NCBI GenBank assembly: GCA_965248265.1
Contig: CBDFJF010000002.1
Location: 2,016,001 to 2,080,000, forward strand
DNA: 64,000 nucleotides
Direction: 5' to 3'
From: Candidatus Latescibacterota bacterium
GTDB taxonomy: Bacteria; Latescibacterota; UBA2968; UBA8231
Shown piece by piece: positions 60,075 to 64,000 of this stretch. Positions within the stretch are counted from its first letter, which is position 1, and each line of letters starts with the position of its first letter. Below the pieces are notes generated by a model that was not told where the DNA came from, ran no database searches, and saw nothing but the letters and a program-made list of their open reading frames with translations. Position numbers and translations under genes: made by a program.

Positions 60075-60818
60075 ATGAGTAAGAAGATCCTGATTACTGG
60101 AGCCAACGGCCTGGTGGGGACTGCGCTGCGTCGATTCCTGCACGGTCGCTACAACCTGCGTCTTCTCTTTCACAACACGGTACCAGAGGTTGAGCCCGGG
60201 GTCGAAGTAGTCGTCTCGGATCTATCCGACTTCGAGTGCATGGTCGAGGCAGGGGCCGGAGTCGACGCGATCGTCCACTTGGGGATCGCCACCGGCAAGG
60301 GGGGGCAGCCACGGGCTCGATATAATCAGCTGATACTCGAGACCAATGTGCAGGGTACCTACAACATCTTCGAGTCGGCCCGAATCAATGGTGTTGAGAC
60401 CGTCGTATTCGGGTCCAGCAACGCGGTCACTGGCCTCTACGAACGAGATGGCATTCTGACGACGCCGGACATGCCGGTGCGTCCGCGTGACTTCTACGGA
60501 GTCAGCAAGGTCTTTGGCGAAGCCATGGGTCGCCACTATCACGAGTTATTCGACCTATCCGTCTACTGCATCCGCATCTGCAGTTTCCCCAACACGGACG
60601 AGTGCATGAGCGACTTTGAGCCGGGGATGAACCGCTGGCTCAGCAGCCGGGACGTGGCCGAATTGACCGCCTGCTGCATCGAGGCGCCCCACCCGCAATT
60701 CGGCATCATCTACGGAGTATCGAAGGGGGCGGAAAAGAAATGGGATATCACAAACGCCAAGGAGTTGGTGGGTTGGGAGCCTCAGGACGACGGTATTCGG
60801 AGGAATCGATCAAAGTGA
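60075..60818 (+). CDS. NAD-dependent epimerase/dehydratase (uronate dehydrogenase-like extended SDR)
   Basis: ITGANGLVG, SSN, YGVSKVFGE, WLSSRD. Confidence 0.88.
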   Translation: MSKKILITGANGLVGTALRRFLHGRYNLRLLFHNTVPEVEPGVEVVVSDLSDFECMVEAGAGVDAIVHLGIATGKGGQPRARYNQLILETNVQGTYNIFESARINGVETVVFGSSNAVTGLYERDGILTTPDMPVRPRDFYGVSKVFGEAMGRHYHELFDLSVYCIRICSFPNTDECMSDFEPGMNRWLSSRDVAELTACCIEAPHPQFGIIYGVSKGAEKKWDITNAKELVGWEPQDDGIRRNRSK

Positions 60819-62143
60819 CCGACACAGTAAGTGATACCCACCTGGAGGATCTGATCGCCGGCTTACGCCTCGAATGGCCGGAGGAGGGTTTAGAGCAGTT
60901 CACCCAGGGACGTTCCAGGGCTGATGCGATCGATGTGGTAGAGGCTATTGCCACCTGGCTCAACCAGATAAACACGCAGAACCACGACGGTGTGCTGCTG
61001 ACACCCACTCTCGTACGCTTCTTGTCCGATGGGGATGATGTGGATGCACGAATCGCGGAGCTGGACAGGTTGCGCAACGAGACTCGGGAAGGCCGCTTCG
61101 ACCTCACCAACGAACTGCAGCGCGAGCTGGAGTACAACAGATTCAGGTCCGAGTCGAACAGTCAACGGGATTGGCCCAAGGAACCAGCACAGCAGCGAGC
61201 CCTGTTCAAATCCCTCGAGGTTTTGCCGCCACAAGAGAAAGACCGGGTATGCACGCTGTCGGCAGAGGATGCTCACGAGGCCGGGAGAGCTGCACTGGAG
61301 GCCAAGGGTCTGCTGGACTTTTTGCGTGAAGCCCGCTCGAACACGGACCGCCCCATCACCGTGTTCGGCAACGATCGCTACGGCCGCATCTTTCTGGTGG
61401 AGCCGTTGGAACCGTATCTCCCTCCGGCGGAATTCGACCTGCTCTGCGATCGGATCCCCTCGCACTCCTCCATGCGCTTGACCGTGCCTCATCACGTTGA
61501 CCGGTTCCATCGCAGTGGTTTCGCGCCACCGACGATCAAACACCTCAACACCCACATGCCGCACATCGTGGCCGTAGACGTCTGCAGCCCGCGTGCCACT
61601 GAGAGCTACACCAAAATGCCCCGTGGATTGAGGGACTTGGTCAACTGGTTCATGGTCTTCAACTACATCCGCTCTGGGGGAGACCGCAGCCGATACGAGA
61701 AGGAGAGCGGATTGCCCGGCAGCAATCTCGCCGAGCTTGAGAAGTGGTGGCAGTTCGAGGTGGTTCGCCGGCTTATCAGGCAGTGGGTCGACCCCGGCTC
61801 GACTTATTCAATCTCACACTGGGCGCCCGAGCTGATGAAGGAAGTGATCATGGGTGAGCTCGTGGTCCCGGCCAAGCCGGTCGGTTCCTGGGACGAGCCC
61901 CAGGTTGTCGTGGCCAATCCCGGCTTGTATCGCACCGAAGGGGATGATCTGTCGGAGCTGCTGCGGACGACCCACCCCTACCACTTCAATGACCCGGAGA
62001 AGGCAGTCGCCGAGACCATCGTGCCCGGGTTCGGGGATCATGGCTTCGAAACCAGGGTAGACGGCTTCACGACGGATGAGTATGTGCTGGCCATACAGCA
62101 GCACATAGGCGTCGAGCTACGACAATTCGCCGGCGATCCCTGA
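60815..62143 (+). CDS. Hypothetical protein
   Basis: Long ORF, GTG overlapping the upstream stop, GGAGG RBS; no recognised domain. Confidence 0.7.
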   Translation: MTDTVSDTHLEDLIAGLRLEWPEEGLEQFTQGRSRADAIDVVEAIATWLNQINTQNHDGVLLTPTLVRFLSDGDDVDARIAELDRLRNETREGRFDLTNELQRELEYNRFRSESNSQRDWPKEPAQQRALFKSLEVLPPQEKDRVCTLSAEDAHEAGRAALEAKGLLDFLREARSNTDRPITVFGNDRYGRIFLVEPLEPYLPPAEFDLLCDRIPSHSSMRLTVPHHVDRFHRSGFAPPTIKHLNTHMPHIVAVDVCSPRATESYTKMPRGLRDLVNWFMVFNYIRSGGDRSRYEKESGLPGSNLAELEKWWQFEVVRRLIRQWVDPGSTYSISHWAPELMKEVIMGELVVPAKPVGSWDEPQVVVANPGLYRTEGDDLSELLRTTHPYHFNDPEKAVAETIVPGFGDHGFETRVDGFTTDEYVLAIQQHIGVELRQFAGDP

Positions 62144-62161
62144 GTCAATCCGGGTTCCAGC

Positions 62162-62905
62162 CTACGCCGGTTCGCCGGTGACAAGATTGAACCGGCCCTG
62201 CTCCCTGAAGGTCACCGGCGGGCAGTCAATCTCCTCACCGGATATCATCCTCTCCAGGATACCGGCGACGCCGCTTATGACGGGCTCGATGAGCCTGTTG
62301 CCCTTTTCGGCAGTGCCGAGGGCGGCGGATTCGTTGTCGATGTAATCGCTGTGGACGCGCTTGGGGTCCAACACCAGCATGGTAGAGGTCTCGTACTCGC
62401 CGGCGTGACCCGGCAGCGCTTTTTTCTCCATCACTTCATGAGCAAGCTCGAGATCGTAGACATCCCAGTAGGACTGGAATCTCAGGTTGACCTTCAGTTT
62501 GTCCCTGTACTCGTCCATCCGACGCATGATGGGCTTGGTGTTGCCGCCGTGGCCGTTGAGGATCAGGATGTTTTCGATGCCGGCGCGTACCAACGAATTG
62601 CACACGTCGAACACGTACTCGCAGAAGATCTCAGGGCGGACGGTAAGGGTGCCGATATGACTCATCCAGTGCTCGGACACACCGACCGGAATAGGTGAGG
62701 CCACGACCACCTGAGGATGTAGCCGCTTGGCGGCCTGTTCAGCCATGTAGGTTACATGCAGGGTGTCGTGGATCATCTCGAGGTGTTCGTTGTGCTGCTC
62801 CGTCGCCGCGATCGGTACGATGCCTGCCTTGATGGTACCCTGCTCCATGCGCTCGCGAAATTCCTTGCGCGTGAGATCACCTACAAAAACTCGATCGTCT
62901 GACAT
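62162..62905 (-). CDS. Creatininase family protein
   Basis: ATEQH..HL...HD, GVSEHW, NGHGGN, HAGEYETS. Confidence 0.92.
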   Translation of the reverse strand: MSDDRVFVGDLTRKEFRERMEQGTIKAGIVPIAATEQHNEHLEMIHDTLHVTYMAEQAAKRLHPQVVVASPIPVGVSEHWMSHIGTLTVRPEIFCEYVFDVCNSLVRAGIENILILNGHGGNTKPIMRRMDEYRDKLKVNLRFQSYWDVYDLELAHEVMEKKALPGHAGEYETSTMLVLDPKRVHSDYIDNESAALGTAEKGNRLIEPVISGVAGILERMISGEEIDCPPVTFREQGRFNLVTGEPA

Positions 62906-62935
62906 TTCCGTCAGCTCCTTTTGGTGGATAAAAGT

Positions 62936-63964
62936 TCATTCGTCGTCTTCAGCGTTCAATGTCATCAACTCGGCGTTGTGGGCGAACAGCGCTGGCGTAC
63001 CACCAGTATTCACGTACACGGCAGTTTGCCCGGCCGTGATTTTCCCGGCTCGAACATGCTCGATCAGTGACAGCATGGTTTTGCCATTGTAGACCGGATC
63101 CAGCACCATGCCGTGATGGCGCGCGACCAACCGAATGGTCTCGGCAATAGGTGCCGTGACCACACCGTAGCCAGATTCCACGTGATCGTCAACGAGGTCG
63201 AAGTCGTCGCGCTCCACCGCAGTCGACAGTCCGATCAGCTCGGCCGCACGGCCTGCGTAGTCGAGAATGGGCTCGACGAGTTCCTCTGTCCTGGACTCGG
63301 CGGAAACTCCGACGACGCGAGAGCGACACCCAAGATGTTTGAGTCCCAGTACCAGACCGGCCATCGTCATGCCGGCGCCAACGGTGACATAGACGAGATC
63401 GGGTTCCAGAGCCTGCTCGCGAAACTGTTTCACCAGTTCCTCCGCGGCTGTCACGTAGGCGGCTGTGGCCGCCGCACCGTAAGAGAGGCGCCGGTCCATG
63501 ACCGCGACCGTGCGTCCATCGCGCTCGAGTTGTTCCTGCAGACTCTGTTGCGCCTCCAGGACGCTTGCGCCGGACCATCGACTACCCAAGTACCGCACGT
63601 CGGCGCCTAGAAGGTGGAACAGTAGCAGGTTTCCCTGTTCCGATTCGGAGGACGGCGGGTCGTCCTGCAGTAGCAGCACGGCGCGCAGGCCCAGGCGGCT
63701 GGCCGCCGCCGCGATTTCCCGCAGCTTGTTCGATTGGGCCGAGGCGGAGCCGATGACCGTGTCACAGCCGCGCTCCACGACATCGCCCATGGCGTACTCC
63801 ATCACGCGGACTTTGTTACCGCCAGAGCACAACCCGCACACATCATCTCGCTTGATGAACAATCGCGGTCCATCGATGGCGACCGACAGCCGCGGGGCTT
63901 CTTCCAGGGGGGTCGGGAATTCGGTCAGGGGAATACGCGGTAGCTGACTACACAGATTACCCAT
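62936..63964 (-). CDS. D-cysteine desulfhydrase/ACC deaminase family PLP enzyme
   Basis: PTPL, IKRDD...GGNKVR, QSN, LDPVYNGK, NTGG.P. Confidence 0.92.
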   Translation of the reverse strand: MGNLCSQLPRIPLTEFPTPLEEAPRLSVAIDGPRLFIKRDDVCGLCSGGNKVRVMEYAMGDVVERGCDTVIGSASAQSNKLREIAAAASRLGLRAVLLLQDDPPSSESEQGNLLLFHLLGADVRYLGSRWSGASVLEAQQSLQEQLERDGRTVAVMDRRLSYGAAATAAYVTAAEELVKQFREQALEPDLVYVTVGAGMTMAGLVLGLKHLGCRSRVVGVSAESRTEELVEPILDYAGRAAELIGLSTAVERDDFDLVDDHVESGYGVVTAPIAETIRLVARHHGMVLDPVYNGKTMLSLIEHVRAGKITAGQTAVYVNTGGTPALFAHNAELMTLNAEDDE

Positions 63965-64000
63965 GTTGCTCCCGCAGGCGTCGGCAGGCCTCGGCTTCGT

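Noticed and set aside
1-64000. tRNA, rRNA, CRISPR array, prophage or integrase
   Set aside because: None recognisable by eye; tRNAscan-SE and Infernal were not run

Overview
Bacterial window, GC-rich by eye, with about 50 genes. The lineage cannot be fixed from sequence; the DUF6785-like/peptidase-FtsX/OPT-like genes and the enolase paralogs loosely suggest a Latescibacterota/Gemmatimonadota-like organism. Ordinary content includes flagellin, a hybrid kinase, an M29 aminopeptidase, SCO, YchF-like, sahR-ahcY, msrAB, mnmA, transporters and catabolic enzymes. The main find is a co-oriented island at about 29.4-45.0 kb that looks like a modified-peptide (RiPP-like) signalling circuit. It holds two cytoplasmic beta-propeller/Y_Y_Y sigma-54 activators, each followed by three palindromic enhancers and a -24/-12 promoter at near-identical spacing, plus an AraC response regulator. 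Downstream are two tandem 72-aa secreted peptide genes under purifying selection, a glycosyltransferase-transglutaminase fusion split by an IS3, a GT2, a stand-alone TPR protein and a GAF histidine kinase. Two features are missing from the ORF track: a 90-aa DUF5069-like candidate selenoprotein (7470-7742, in-frame UGA plus SECIS-like hairpin) and a candidate sigma-28 sRNA (about 25757-25941). No rRNA, tRNA or CRISPR array was seen. All family calls come from motif recognition, not database searches.
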